A stretch of DNA of 64,000 nucleotides from assembly GCA_030834125.1 (NCBI GenBank), contig JAURFW010000011.1, positions 856-64,855 on the forward strand. Direction: 5' to 3'. Below are positions 40,639 through 50,532 of the stretch, one piece after another. Below the pieces are notes generated by a model. It saw only the letters and a program-made list of their open reading frames with translations, was not told the DNA's origin and searched no databases. Numbering within the stretch: the first letter of the stretch is position 1; every line of letters begins with the position of its first letter. The position numbers and the translations under genes are program-made. The stretch comes from Bacteroidota bacterium (GTDB taxonomy: Bacteria > Bacteroidota > Bacteroidia > NS11-12g > UBA955).

Positions 40639-41431
40639 TAGGTTTTAAGGAAGCATTATCAGAAATACTTCCACGCATGGTTAAAGGAATTCTAAACTCG
40701 CTCATCAAGAGATTTCCTGTTAATTCCATTTGGTAGAATAATTTAGTTATTAGGTTGTTATTTAAATCCACTTGAATATTACCATTAGATGTTCCTACAA
40801 CTGTTTGTTCAGACTCAACTCCAGAAAAATTAGTTTTTGTCGTGTAATCCATTTCTTGGTTAACGGTAAAATATCCAATATTAGCAACCACGCTATCGAA
40901 GGTGTAATTTATTATACCATACTGATTGTATGATGAGTCTATCCAAGAATCTCCAATGTTTCGAGCAATATCTGTATTTATGAAAACTCCGTAAGGTAAA
41001 CCTTCTTGCATACCAGAAACAGGATTAGCTTTCAATGCTTCAATTATATCTGGACTCCCTTCAACGGATTTAATTATGCCTTTTTCGCCGAGTTTTAGGG
41101 TGAAGTTTAGTTCACCCTCAAGAGGGGTGATTTGATCCATTCCTGAATCTAGATAAACTACAACATTAGTTTTTTGTGTACCTTCATGAACTGCAGTTTG
41201 TATTTGGTTTTCAATTTCTCCTGTCAAGTCAATTGTATTTCGTGTGGTGTTCTTGAATCCGTTAACAAAATCAGTACCTAAATAAAGATAGTTTGTGGTC
41301 ATATCCATAACCGTCTTTTTATAAATTTTTACTGAAGGAAAAAACCCTTCTAAAGGCTTTAATATCTTCTGTTGTGCTGATAGAATACCAGAAAATGCAA
41401 CTGCAACAACTAAACCAACAAACTTTTGCAT
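40631..41431 (-). CDS. Exported hypothetical protein, beta-strand rich (DUF6263-like by impression)
   Basis: Signal peptide ending LSA-Q; IGDSW motif and alternating beta-strands. A -7 box TAATTTTG (41436-41443) lies 4 nt before the ATG. Confidence 0.7.
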   Translation of the reverse strand: MQKFVGLVVAVAFSGILSAQQKILKPLEGFFPSVKIYKKTVMDMTTNYLYLGTDFVNGFKNTTRNTIDLTGEIENQIQTAVHEGTQKTNVVVYLDSGMDQITPLEGELNFTLKLGEKGIIKSVEGSPDIIEALKANPVSGMQEGLPYGVFINTDIARNIGDSWIDSSYNQYGIINYTFDSVVANIGYFTVNQEMDYTTKTNFSGVESEQTVVGTSNGNIQVDLNNNLITKLFYQMELTGNLLMSEFRIPLTMRGSISDNASLKPIN

Positions 41432-41508
41432 AAACCAAAATTAACTATTTTCAATCCACTCTACAAGTCATTATTGTCATAAAAGACAAAATTATCTAAA
41501 TAATTGAC

Positions 41509-42537
41509 CTATTTGAAATGATCCGCAGACATTTTCAACCATTGTAAGGCTGACGCACCTAATAATTTTTCTTGGATTATATCTGAAAATCCTGTTTCTT
41601 TTATTAATAGTCCAGGGATATCTTCACCCAATGGAAAAGGATAATCGGTGCCTAAACAAACTTTGTCTGGCCCAACTAAATCAACAATATACTCCAACAT
41701 TTTAGGATCGTGAACAAGGCTATCTAACCAAAATTGTCCCAGGTACTTTTTAGGGTTATGTATATTATCTACTGCAACTAAATCCGGTCTCGCTTTCCAA
41801 CCGTGTTCAATTCTTCCAATAGTTGCAGGAAATGCTCCACCACCATGCGCAAAAGCTACTCTTAGATTTGGTAGCCTTTCAAAGATCCCTCCAAAAATAA
41901 GTGAACTAACAGCTAAGGAAGTTTCAGCTGGCATACCAACGAGCCAGGGTAACCAGTAATCAGGCATTTTCTTTTTCGCAGAATACCACCATGGATGAAT
42001 GAATAACGCCATATCTAGATCTTGCATTGCTTCAAAAATTGGGAATAGTGATGGGTCATTTAAGTTTAAATCATTAACATGTGATCCTATTTGAACTCCT
42101 TTTAGACCTATTTTCTTGCATCTTTTTAATTCTTGAATTGCTAACTCAGTGTGTTGCATTGGAATTGTACCTAATCCCACAAATCTCCTGGGGTATTTAA
42201 CACAAATCTCAGCAATATGATCGTTTAGAAATTTGGATATTTCCAACGTGTGTTTTGGTTCTGCCCAATATGAAAACATTACTGGAATAGTACTTAATAC
42301 TTGTACATCTACCGGAACTTGGTTGCATTCATGAATTCTTTGTTCTGCACTCCAACAGTTATTTTCAATTTCTCGAAAAAACTCGCCATCCATCATCATT
42401 CTTGCGCAGCAAGGTTTATGATGCTCAAGTGATACAAATTCACCATATCCAAATTTTTCTTTCCATTGTGGTAGGTTTTCTGGTATGATGTGAGTGTGAA
42501 TGTCTATCGTTAGAAAGCGAGATTTCGATTGTTCCAT
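41509..42537 (-). CDS. 2-amino-3-carboxymuconate-6-semialdehyde decarboxylase (ACMSD), amidohydrolase family
   Basis: IDIHTH, VQVLSTIPVMFSYW, FIHPW, WLVGMPAET, AHGGG and GTDYPFPLG. A -7 box TATTTTTG (42542-42549) lies 4 nt before the ATG. Confidence 0.9.
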   Translation of the reverse strand: MEQSKSRFLTIDIHTHIIPENLPQWKEKFGYGEFVSLEHHKPCCARMMMDGEFFREIENNCWSAEQRIHECNQVPVDVQVLSTIPVMFSYWAEPKHTLEISKFLNDHIAEICVKYPRRFVGLGTIPMQHTELAIQELKRCKKIGLKGVQIGSHVNDLNLNDPSLFPIFEAMQDLDMALFIHPWWYSAKKKMPDYWLPWLVGMPAETSLAVSSLIFGGIFERLPNLRVAFAHGGGAFPATIGRIEHGWKARPDLVAVDNIHNPKKYLGQFWLDSLVHDPKMLEYIVDLVGPDKVCLGTDYPFPLGEDIPGLLIKETGFSDIIQEKLLGASALQWLKMSADHFK

Positions 42538-42596
42538 TGAGCAAAAATAAAGTAATACTTAAAAAGCTTGATTTTTTTTACGTTTTTTGAACTTGG

Positions 42597-43916
42597 ATGT
42601 CAAAACGTAATATTGGCTTTTGGTCTGCCACAGCTATTGTCGTAGCCAATATGATTGGTACTGGAGTATTTACAAGTTTGGGTTATCAGATTATAGACAT
42701 TCATCAGAGTTTTCCAGTATTAATGCTATGGATTATTGGTGGTTTTGTTGCTTTGTTGGGCGCTATTAGTTACGCTGAATTAGCATGCAGACTTCCAGAA
42801 GATGGAGGTGAGTTCTATTTTTTATCAAAGATTTTTCATCCTGCAGTTGGGTACATGGCTGGTTTTGCAAGTTCAACTGTCGGTTTTACTGCACCTGTAG
42901 CTGGTGCAGCTTTGGCCTTAGGTGCCTATCTAAAAGGGGTAATTCCTTGGATCTCTCCAAAGGAAATTGCCGCTGTTGTGATAATATTGATAACTGCAAT
43001 TCATGCGTGGAATGCAAATTATGGATTGTGGTTCCAAAAGGTATCTACTGCAGCAAAGGTTTTATTAATAGCTATTTTTATTGGATTTGGACTCCTTGCT
43101 ATTAATAATTCTCCATCACCTACTTTTAATGGTGTTACCGTTAATAGCTCATTTAGCTTTGCTGATATTTGGGATGGTCTTTGGTTTGCTCCGGCATTTT
43201 CAGTTGGACTTGTTTGGGTATCATTTGCCTACAGTGGTTGGAATGCATCGGCATACTTTGCTGGTAGCGTTAGAAATCCTCAGAAAACTTTAACATCTAG
43301 CATAATCTTAGGGACGGCTTTGGTAACTGTACTTTATGTGTTCTTAAATTATGTTTTTATGAACTCCACTAATTGGGAGAATTTGGTTTTTAAAAAAGAG
43401 GTGGGATTGATTGCCGCCGAATCACTATTCGGTATAAAATGGGGTAATATAATGGGCGGAATTATTTCGATTTTATTGATTTCTACAATCAGTTCAATGG
43501 TTTTTACAGGGCCACGAGTCTTGAAATCAATGACTGAAAAAATGGGTATTTTTAAAGCTTTATCAAGGGTAAATAGTAGTAATTCCCCAAGGAATGCATT
43601 AATATTTCAAGGTATATTAAGTATCATATTTTTGTATACCCTAAGTTTTGAGTCGCTCATTTATTATGTGGCTTTTACACTGTCTATATTTACATTACTT
43701 ACGGTTATAGGAATGATGAAGCTTCGTATTACAAATGGTAAACCAACAACCTATAAAGCTTGGGGATATCCAATCACTCCCTTAATTTTTATAATAATTA
43801 CTGCATTGGTTGCGTGGTACTTTATTATGGAGCATCCTAAGGAGAGTATTATTGGTGTAATTACCTCATTATTGGGCTTGTTACTATATTTTTTTAGTAA
43901 AAATAAGGAGATTTAA
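42597..43916 (+). CDS. APC family amino acid permease
   Basis: NMIGTGVF, YAEL, GGEF and FAYSGWN; about 12 transmembrane helices. Confidence 0.92.
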   Translation: MSKRNIGFWSATAIVVANMIGTGVFTSLGYQIIDIHQSFPVLMLWIIGGFVALLGAISYAELACRLPEDGGEFYFLSKIFHPAVGYMAGFASSTVGFTAPVAGAALALGAYLKGVIPWISPKEIAAVVIILITAIHAWNANYGLWFQKVSTAAKVLLIAIFIGFGLLAINNSPSPTFNGVTVNSSFSFADIWDGLWFAPAFSVGLVWVSFAYSGWNASAYFAGSVRNPQKTLTSSIILGTALVTVLYVFLNYVFMNSTNWENLVFKKEVGLIAAESLFGIKWGNIMGGIISILLISTISSMVFTGPRVLKSMTEKMGIFKALSRVNSSNSPRNALIFQGILSIIFLYTLSFESLIYYVAFTLSIFTLLTVIGMMKLRITNGKPTTYKAWGYPITPLIFIIITALVAWYFIMEHPKESIIGVITSLLGLLLYFFSKNKEI

Positions 43917-45277
43917 TTTTTACTTTCTCCAAAGAGTGGTTCTTTTATTCGAAGTGTTAATAACGCTGCTATAATAAAGAATACACCTCCAAGCATTACA
44001 TATTGAATTGGATAGTTCCCAAAAATATTTTTAACAATTGGGCCTCCAATTACGCCATTAATTATTTGAGGAATAACTATAAAAAAGTTAAATATTCCCA
44101 TGTAAACACCCATTTTATGTTTAGGTATTTTGTCAACCAATAACGTATAAGGAATTGATAGTATACTTCCCCATGCCAGTCCTACGCCAATCATTGGAAT
44201 CCACAGTAGTTGAGGATCATTGAATGAATACATTGAAATTAAACCAATTCCACCTGCAATCAAGGAGAAAATATGAACAAACTTTCTAGATGTAGCTTTT
44301 GCAAATTTATGAATGAAAAAAGCATAAATTGCAGATACGGCGTTGTATATACCAAATAAAATTCCAACCCAATCTCCAGCATCATTAAAAGCTTGAGAAT
44401 GATTATCCTCTGGACTTAACCCGTAATGGTGGGTAGCAATAGCGGAAGTGGTATAAACCCACATTGTAAAAAGGCCAAACCAAGAAAAGAATTGAATCCA
44501 ACCCAGTCTTTGCATTCTAATGGGCATTTTTGCAAAATCCTTCAGAATATCAGAAAATTTACTTTCTTCTTTTTCCTTTACATCGTTATATTTTTCAAAT
44601 TCTTCTGGGGGATATTCTTTAGTTTTTATAATTGTAAGTAAAACCGTTCCTAAAAGTATCACCGCACCTATGTAAAATGAATAGACTACATTGTCTGGTA
44701 CAATACCTTTAGTAGCTTTGTTTGAAACACCGAAAAAATTAGTTAAAGAATACGGTAGCCAAGATCCAATAACTGCACCAATACCTATTAAACCAGTTTG
44801 AACACCAAACCCTTGAGTGCTTTGTTCATCGGGTAGCATATCTCCTACCAGCGCTCTAAAAGGTTCCATGGCAATGTTAAAACTTGCATCCATAAATGCT
44901 AAGAATAGACCACCAATCCACAGCACTACAGAAAGGCCAAAAAGGGTGGCACTTGTATTAGATAACCCACTTGCATTAGGTAAAAAAATCAATCCTAAAA
45001 ATGCTAAAACTGCTCCCAATAAAAAATATGGCTTCCTTCTTCCAAGTGCACTCCATGTTTTGTCGCTGAAAAAGCCAATAATGGGTTGAACCAATAAGCC
45101 GGTTATCGGAGCAACCAACCAAAACCAAGACAGTTGGTGCACATCGGCACCGAAAATTTGTAGAATTCTGCTCGCATTACCGTTTTGCAATGCAAAACCG
45201 CCTTGAATACCTAAAAACCCAAATGATAAAAACCATATTTGGGAAGTCGATAATTTTGGTTTTAAGGATTTAGACAT
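43913..45277 (-). CDS. MFS/GPH sugar transporter (maltose/sucrose-type)
   Basis: FGFLGIQGGFALQ, VQPIIG..SD, GRRKPY, MEPFRALVGD and GIFNFFIVIPQ. Confidence 0.9.
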   Translation of the reverse strand: MSKSLKPKLSTSQIWFLSFGFLGIQGGFALQNGNASRILQIFGADVHQLSWFWLVAPITGLLVQPIIGFFSDKTWSALGRRKPYFLLGAVLAFLGLIFLPNASGLSNTSATLFGLSVVLWIGGLFLAFMDASFNIAMEPFRALVGDMLPDEQSTQGFGVQTGLIGIGAVIGSWLPYSLTNFFGVSNKATKGIVPDNVVYSFYIGAVILLGTVLLTIIKTKEYPPEEFEKYNDVKEKEESKFSDILKDFAKMPIRMQRLGWIQFFSWFGLFTMWVYTTSAIATHHYGLSPEDNHSQAFNDAGDWVGILFGIYNAVSAIYAFFIHKFAKATSRKFVHIFSLIAGGIGLISMYSFNDPQLLWIPMIGVGLAWGSILSIPYTLLVDKIPKHKMGVYMGIFNFFIVIPQIINGVIGGPIVKNIFGNYPIQYVMLGGVFFIIAALLTLRIKEPLFGESKN

Positions 45278-45279
45278 AT

Positions 45280-46680
45280 TTATTTATTGATAGTTAATAC
45301 TATAAACCCATTAGGTTGGATTGTGAACTTTCCATCATTTAAGTCAACACCATCGGAAACAAATTCTTCAAAACCACTTAAATCCAAATTCGAATTGTAT
45401 TCCTCTTGTCTCTTGGAAAAACTCACAGCCACTAGTACTTCGCTATTAGCACCCTTTCTAGAAAAAACGTACAAACTATTTAATGTATTAGCCGAAAGAA
45501 CTTTAGCTTTTCCACCCCATTTTCCATTTGCTAAACAATCTATTCTGTGCTTCAATGAATTCAATTTTCGATACCAGTTATACAGACTAGTATCGCCCCA
45601 CTTGATTTGATCTTTTTCAAAAAATTCTAACCTTTTTTGATTGTTTGCCTCTTCTCCGGAATATATTAGTGGGAAGCTTTGTGGAAGAGTGTAGTTTAAC
45701 ACACTCCATTTTTTCCATTCGTTACCATACTTTTCAAGAACTGTTCCATTCCAAGAATTTTCATCATGATTTGTTAAAAAATGCATTTTGAAAACGTCAG
45801 AAGGAATCTCTTCATAGTTATTTTTCATATGCTCTAAGAAATCGTTGTAGGATTTATTTCCATGTGAAATTTCATGGGATAGAAAGTGATACCCCCATGC
45901 ATAGTTTGCGTTAAATGCATTTTCAAAATATTCCTGAAAATTGGGATTAATATCTGTTTGAGCTTCCATCTCAGCCAACATAAAAACGGGTTTTATCTTT
46001 TCTAATTTTGCTCTTGTATTTTGCCAGAATTTCGCTGGAACAAGAAAGGCAACATCGCATCTGTATCCATCAATATCACAATCTTTTACCCAATATTCCA
46101 TTGCCGAGGACATTGAATCATGCAATTCTTCATTCGAATAATCAAACTTTGCAACATCAGTCCAATCAAATTGAGTAACTATATTACCCACACTATCTTT
46201 CATATAAAATTCTGGCTTTTCTTCAATCCAAGGGTTATCCCAAGCAGAGTGATTGGCTACCCAATCAATAATAACTTTTAATCCATTATCGTGAGCTACT
46301 TTAACAAGGTTTTTAAATTCATCTGTGTTTCCATATTCAGGATTAACTTTAGTGTAGTTTTGTACACTATAGTAACTTCCTAATCCACCTTTTCGGTTTT
46401 TAAATCCAATAGGGTGAATTGGCATTAACCACAATATATCTGCACCTAAAGCTTTAATTCTAGGAATATCTTTGGTAAAAGCGGAAAATGTGCCTTCCTC
46501 AGTATGTTGTCTTATATTTACCTCGTAAATGACTGCATTTTTTGACCATTCTGGTGCATAAAATTCTTTAGAATACTTAGAATCTTTTGTTTCAGAGTTT
46601 TGTGTTTGAGAGTGGGTAGTAGATAAACCTATTAGGCCGATTAGAATTAGTTGGGATAGGGTTTTATTCATATGTGTCAT
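45280..46680 (-). CDS. Exported GH13 alpha-amylase family protein
   Basis: IYEVNIRQ, DWVANH, DGYRCDVA, MLAE and TNHDENSW; signal peptide ending THS-Q. Confidence 0.92.
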   Translation of the reverse strand: MTHMNKTLSQLILIGLIGLSTTHSQTQNSETKDSKYSKEFYAPEWSKNAVIYEVNIRQHTEEGTFSAFTKDIPRIKALGADILWLMPIHPIGFKNRKGGLGSYYSVQNYTKVNPEYGNTDEFKNLVKVAHDNGLKVIIDWVANHSAWDNPWIEEKPEFYMKDSVGNIVTQFDWTDVAKFDYSNEELHDSMSSAMEYWVKDCDIDGYRCDVAFLVPAKFWQNTRAKLEKIKPVFMLAEMEAQTDINPNFQEYFENAFNANYAWGYHFLSHEISHGNKSYNDFLEHMKNNYEEIPSDVFKMHFLTNHDENSWNGTVLEKYGNEWKKWSVLNYTLPQSFPLIYSGEEANNQKRLEFFEKDQIKWGDTSLYNWYRKLNSLKHRIDCLANGKWGGKAKVLSANTLNSLYVFSRKGANSEVLVAVSFSKRQEEYNSNLDLSGFEEFVSDGVDLNDGKFTIQPNGFIVLTINK

Positions 46681-46760
46681 TTTTACACTAAGTGTTGCAA
46701 TTTAATACAATATGTGTGTTTTACAAATAAATAAAGAATCAATATTAATACCTTTGCAAA

Positions 46761-47228
46761 ATGGATTTAGTTGAACTTCAGGAGAAAGTGAAGACTGGAA
46801 TTATTTCAATGGGTCTTTCAGAAAATGAGGCACAATGGGATGAGCATGGGCAATGGGTATTATTAAAAGATGAGATCCCAGTATATATAGATGCTTGGGA
46901 GGAAACAGAAAGTACCCCTTGGAATTATGCAAATTTTGAGAAGGACAGAAGTATTTTTCAAATTACCATACCGTTTTGTTTTGGACCAACGTTAAAGCGT
47001 GATGCTTTCTTTGAGGAGCTCTTGTCAGTGAATTTAAATCTGTTGTTTGGAAAATTTTCTTTTAACTCAAAAGAAAATATTTCTGTGATCTCTTATAGAA
47101 TCCCAGGAGAAGCATTTCAGTCAACTAGTTTGCAGAGCATGATTGATCTTTTGGCTTATTATTCTGAAATGGCTTATCACGTTTTAAAGGATGAGTTTAA
47201 TCTTAAGCGTGTAAGTGCTATAAATTGA
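46761..47228 (+). CDS. Hypothetical protein, YbjN/CesT chaperone-like fold by impression
   Basis: Acidic 155-aa protein with FFEELLSVNLNLLFGKFSF. A -7 box TACCTTTG (46749-46756) lies 4 nt before the ATG. Confidence 0.55.
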   Translation: MDLVELQEKVKTGIISMGLSENEAQWDEHGQWVLLKDEIPVYIDAWEETESTPWNYANFEKDRSIFQITIPFCFGPTLKRDAFFEELLSVNLNLLFGKFSFNSKENISVISYRIPGEAFQSTSLQSMIDLLAYYSEMAYHVLKDEFNLKRVSAIN

Positions 47229-47243
47229 TTTATATTTGACACA

Positions 47244-47969
47244 ATGAAATTATTTACATTAATCGGAATTTTTGCTGCAATTTTATTTACAGCATGTGGT
47301 TCTAAATCAACTGATGAAAAAGTCACCCTAGATGTAGAAAAAGCTTACAATTTGGCTCATTCTGCTGGGGATAAGGAAACAGTAATTCAAACTTTAACAC
47401 AATGGGCTGCAATTGATTCAAGTATCACGAATTGGGTGTGGGATACGCTTGCTTATTACCATTATTTTTATAAAGTTACACCGGGTGCAGTTAGAAATCC
47501 GGGAACAGCACTATTTTATGTAAACAAGGGACTTGCAAATTCACCAAGCAATGAATTTTTAAAAGATATAAAAGCTAAGTTAGTTTTAGAAAAAGGAGAT
47601 GATACTACTGCCTATACTATGTTTGAGGAAATGTGGAATTCTACTCACAAACCAACGTATTTCTGGGATCTTACATGGTTAGAAGTTGCACGTGGGAATG
47701 TTCCTAAAGCATTGCAAATGATTGATCAGGCAATGAATGACAGCGCTATCATGAGTGGAACCGTAACAATGGAACATATTCAAGCACAAATGACAGAAAA
47801 CGTTAAGGCTGAAGCAGCATTCTTATTTCTTAAGTATCAAATTGAATTTGCTAAGCAAAATATTATGAAAGGTGCGGAATATCTCCAGAAATGTGTGGAG
47901 ATAGATCCAAATTTCTATGCTGCCAAACGGAGTATTATGGAGCTGCAGAGGTATTCTGCAGGACGATAA
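47244..47969 (+). CDS. TPR-like lipoprotein
   Basis: Lipobox LFTA-C; helical repeats ending AEYLQKCVEIDPNFYAA. A -7 box TATATTTG (47231-47238) lies 5 nt before the ATG. Confidence 0.75.
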   Translation: MKLFTLIGIFAAILFTACGSKSTDEKVTLDVEKAYNLAHSAGDKETVIQTLTQWAAIDSSITNWVWDTLAYYHYFYKVTPGAVRNPGTALFYVNKGLANSPSNEFLKDIKAKLVLEKGDDTTAYTMFEEMWNSTHKPTYFWDLTWLEVARGNVPKALQMIDQAMNDSAIMSGTVTMEHIQAQMTENVKAEAAFLFLKYQIEFAKQNIMKGAEYLQKCVEIDPNFYAAKRSIMELQRYSAGR

Positions 47970-47972
47970 AAT

Positions 47973-49067
47973 TTATTCTAGTATTTGTGATAAATCTACT
48001 GCTGCTGAAACCAAGCAGTGGTCTCCAGGAACGTTTTTTCTGCTTTTATAGGAATTGAACGTAAATGGTTCTGAAGCAAATAGGTAGTCAATTCTAAAGG
48101 ATGGAAATGGTCCTTTATAGGTGGTTTCAAACCCTTTGCCTTTTTCAACAAAAGCATCATTGAGATTTTCAGATAATTGTTTGTAGGTAAAACTTTGTGG
48201 AACGTCGTTGAAATCTCCTCCTATAATTCTTGGTTTTCTGTATTGTTCAATAGCAGTTTTGAGGAGCATAACTTGCTTGGCCCTTAGTTTGTATGCCTCC
48301 CTCATTCTCTTAACGAGGTTTTCTGTACCTATTTGGTCAAAGTCTGTATTTTCTTGCGCATTTTTCACAGTAAAATAGTCTGACTTGCTAAATCTAAAAG
48401 ATTGTAAATGAATGTTATAAAATCTGATTATTCTATTTTGGTTATAGTTGTTTATCTTGATATCTGCATACATGGCCATATTGCCAGTTTGATCATTAAA
48501 AGATATTCGATCGAAATTCTCAATAGGATATTTCGATAAAATACACATTCCATATTCTCTACGTTGGTTAAGTTTTACTATTGAAATATGTTTGAAGGGA
48601 GTTTTATCCTTAATTTGATATAATAATTTTTCAAGACTTCCCTTTTTGGAATAAACCTCTTGCAACATTGCTACATCGGAATTTTCTGTATTTAAAATTT
48701 GAACTACGCTATCTACAGTCCAAATATTTTGGTAGTAACCGAATAAATTACAATTGAATATACTAACCTTTAAGCTGTTTTTTGAACTTGTTTTAGCATT
48801 CCATTGAACATAATTTGAGATAGGTCCAAATGAAAGAATTAAAACAATTAATGGGATAATAGTTCTGATTTTCTTTTGAAAAGCCCAATAAATCAGTAAT
48901 AATAAGTTGCCAATGAATAAAATAGGTAAAGCGAGACCGAATAATGGTACATAACTAATCCATTCCGGAGATACATAGGGACTTCCTAGTGAAATTAATG
49001 TTAGTAATGTCCAAACCAGGGTTAAGGGAAAAACTATCCAATTAAATATAGCAACTAAACTCTTCAC
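47973..49067 (-). CDS. Membrane-anchored endonuclease/exonuclease/phosphatase family protein
   Basis: Three N-terminal transmembrane helices; LQEV, HLQS, GDFND, RIDY and GDH. Confidence 0.9.
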   Translation of the reverse strand: MKSLVAIFNWIVFPLTLVWTLLTLISLGSPYVSPEWISYVPLFGLALPILFIGNLLLLIYWAFQKKIRTIIPLIVLILSFGPISNYVQWNAKTSSKNSLKVSIFNCNLFGYYQNIWTVDSVVQILNTENSDVAMLQEVYSKKGSLEKLLYQIKDKTPFKHISIVKLNQRREYGMCILSKYPIENFDRISFNDQTGNMAMYADIKINNYNQNRIIRFYNIHLQSFRFSKSDYFTVKNAQENTDFDQIGTENLVKRMREAYKLRAKQVMLLKTAIEQYRKPRIIGGDFNDVPQSFTYKQLSENLNDAFVEKGKGFETTYKGPFPSFRIDYLFASEPFTFNSYKSRKNVPGDHCLVSAAVDLSQILE

Positions 49068-49888
49068 TTTTTGCTAGCTTTAAATAGCATTTCTTTTTCT
49101 TTCTTGGTTAACTTATCATAGCCCGTTTGTGATATCTTATCTAAGATTTTATCAATTTCTTCTTGTGAAGGGGTTTGCTTATTATTATTTATTGATACGC
49201 TTGCGCTTCGGCTAGGCTTTTGATTAAAACTATTCTTTTTCCAAGTGATTTTTGGGAATTTCCAAATGCCTTTTAATTCAGTTACATAAAGGGCGCCAAA
49301 AATATATCCTCCCACATGTGCTTGATTCCCACCGGCATTCATGCCGCCAAACATACCCAAAACGTCAAATACAATTTTGGCAATCACAATCCAACGCAGT
49401 TCTACAGCAATCATCCCAAATAAATAGACCCTGTAATTTGGGGTAAAAATGGCTGTGGCTAAGAGAATAGCAGAAATTCCAGCAGAGGCACCCACCAATG
49501 GAGCCTTATTATTAAAAACAATACTTAATATGTAAAATAGAATTACCCCAGAGATCCCCCCTCCGAAAAATAGTTTCCAAATATGCTTTTTCCCTATGAG
49601 ATCTTCTAAAATCATCCCTACAAAATACAGCCACAACATATTACCTAGAATATGCCAAAGTCCGGCATGAACGAATAAACTAGTTACAATACTGTAAAAT
49701 GAAAAATATAAAGGCCATGTTGGATTAAAAGCAAAAATATTAAATAAGAATCCTCCCAATGAGGTGAAAGATAAAATCCAAAGCGAGATAAAGACAATAA
49801 CATTAATCCAAATAAGATTAATAACAGCTGGATTTAATGGGGAAAGAGGTTTTGCGTTTAAATTGACAAATGGTCTATTGGTAATCAT
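49064..49888 (-). CDS. Rhomboid intramembrane serine protease with a C-terminal DUF6576-like tail
   Basis: HILGNM, GASAG and AHVGG; tail EIDKILDKISQTGYDKLT. Confidence 0.92.
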   Translation of the reverse strand: MITNRPFVNLNAKPLSPLNPAVINLIWINVIVFISLWILSFTSLGGFLFNIFAFNPTWPLYFSFYSIVTSLFVHAGLWHILGNMLWLYFVGMILEDLIGKKHIWKLFFGGGISGVILFYILSIVFNNKAPLVGASAGISAILLATAIFTPNYRVYLFGMIAVELRWIVIAKIVFDVLGMFGGMNAGGNQAHVGGYIFGALYVTELKGIWKFPKITWKKNSFNQKPSRSASVSINNNKQTPSQEEIDKILDKISQTGYDKLTKKEKEMLFKASKK

Positions 49889-50532
49889 TGATTAAATTTC
49901 TTTTTGAAAACTTGAATAAATATAAAACCAACAATTGCACCACCGATATGTGCGAAATGAGCAATATTATCACTTTCCAAATCGAGAAAAGCTAATAATA
50001 TATCCAGAGATACAATTATTGGAACCAAATATTTTGCTTTAATTGGATAAGGGAGAAAAAGGAAAATCATACTTTCATTGGGATATAAAACCGCGAAGGC
50101 AGTCATAACACCATATAGAGCACCACTGGCACCGAGCATTGGAGGATAAGGAATATATAATCCACTTTCCATACTAGGGAAAAAAGTTCCTACTTTAGCA
50201 TTTATGGATAGTCCCATCCAAATAAAATGAAGAAGAACTGCTCCGAAACCACTAATAAAGAATAACTTCAAGAATTTTCCCGTTCCCAAACGCATTTCTA
50301 CAATCATCCCGAAAGAAAAGAGAGCAATTCCGTTAAATAATATATGACCAAATCCACCATGGCAAAAGATATGTGTCACCAGTTGCCAAATTCTAAAATT
50401 AGAACTGTCAGGATAATACAAGTACCATAAATCTGGACTTATTCCAATATTTGGCAATGCAGTCTGCGCCATGGCACCTAAAACCATAATAATTAGGATA
50501 TTTTTTAGACCGGGTGGTAGGTTTCTTATCAT
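49885..50532 (-). CDS. Rhomboid intramembrane serine protease
   Basis: WQLVTHIFCH, HILFN, GASGA and AHFAHIGG. Confidence 0.93.
   Translation of the reverse strand: MIRNLPPGLKNILIIMVLGAMAQTALPNIGISPDLWYLYYPDSSNFRIWQLVTHIFCHGGFGHILFNGIALFSFGMIVEMRLGTGKFLKLFFISGFGAVLLHFIWMGLSINAKVGTFFPSMESGLYIPYPPMLGASGALYGVMTAFAVLYPNESMIFLFLPYPIKAKYLVPIIVSLDILLAFLDLESDNIAHFAHIGGAIVGFIFIQVFKKKFNQ

Noticed and set aside
1300-46680. Gln directly after the predicted signal peptide in seven exported proteins
   Set aside because: Real, but it is the established Bacteroidota Q-rule (N-terminal pyroglutamate); used only as taxonomic support.
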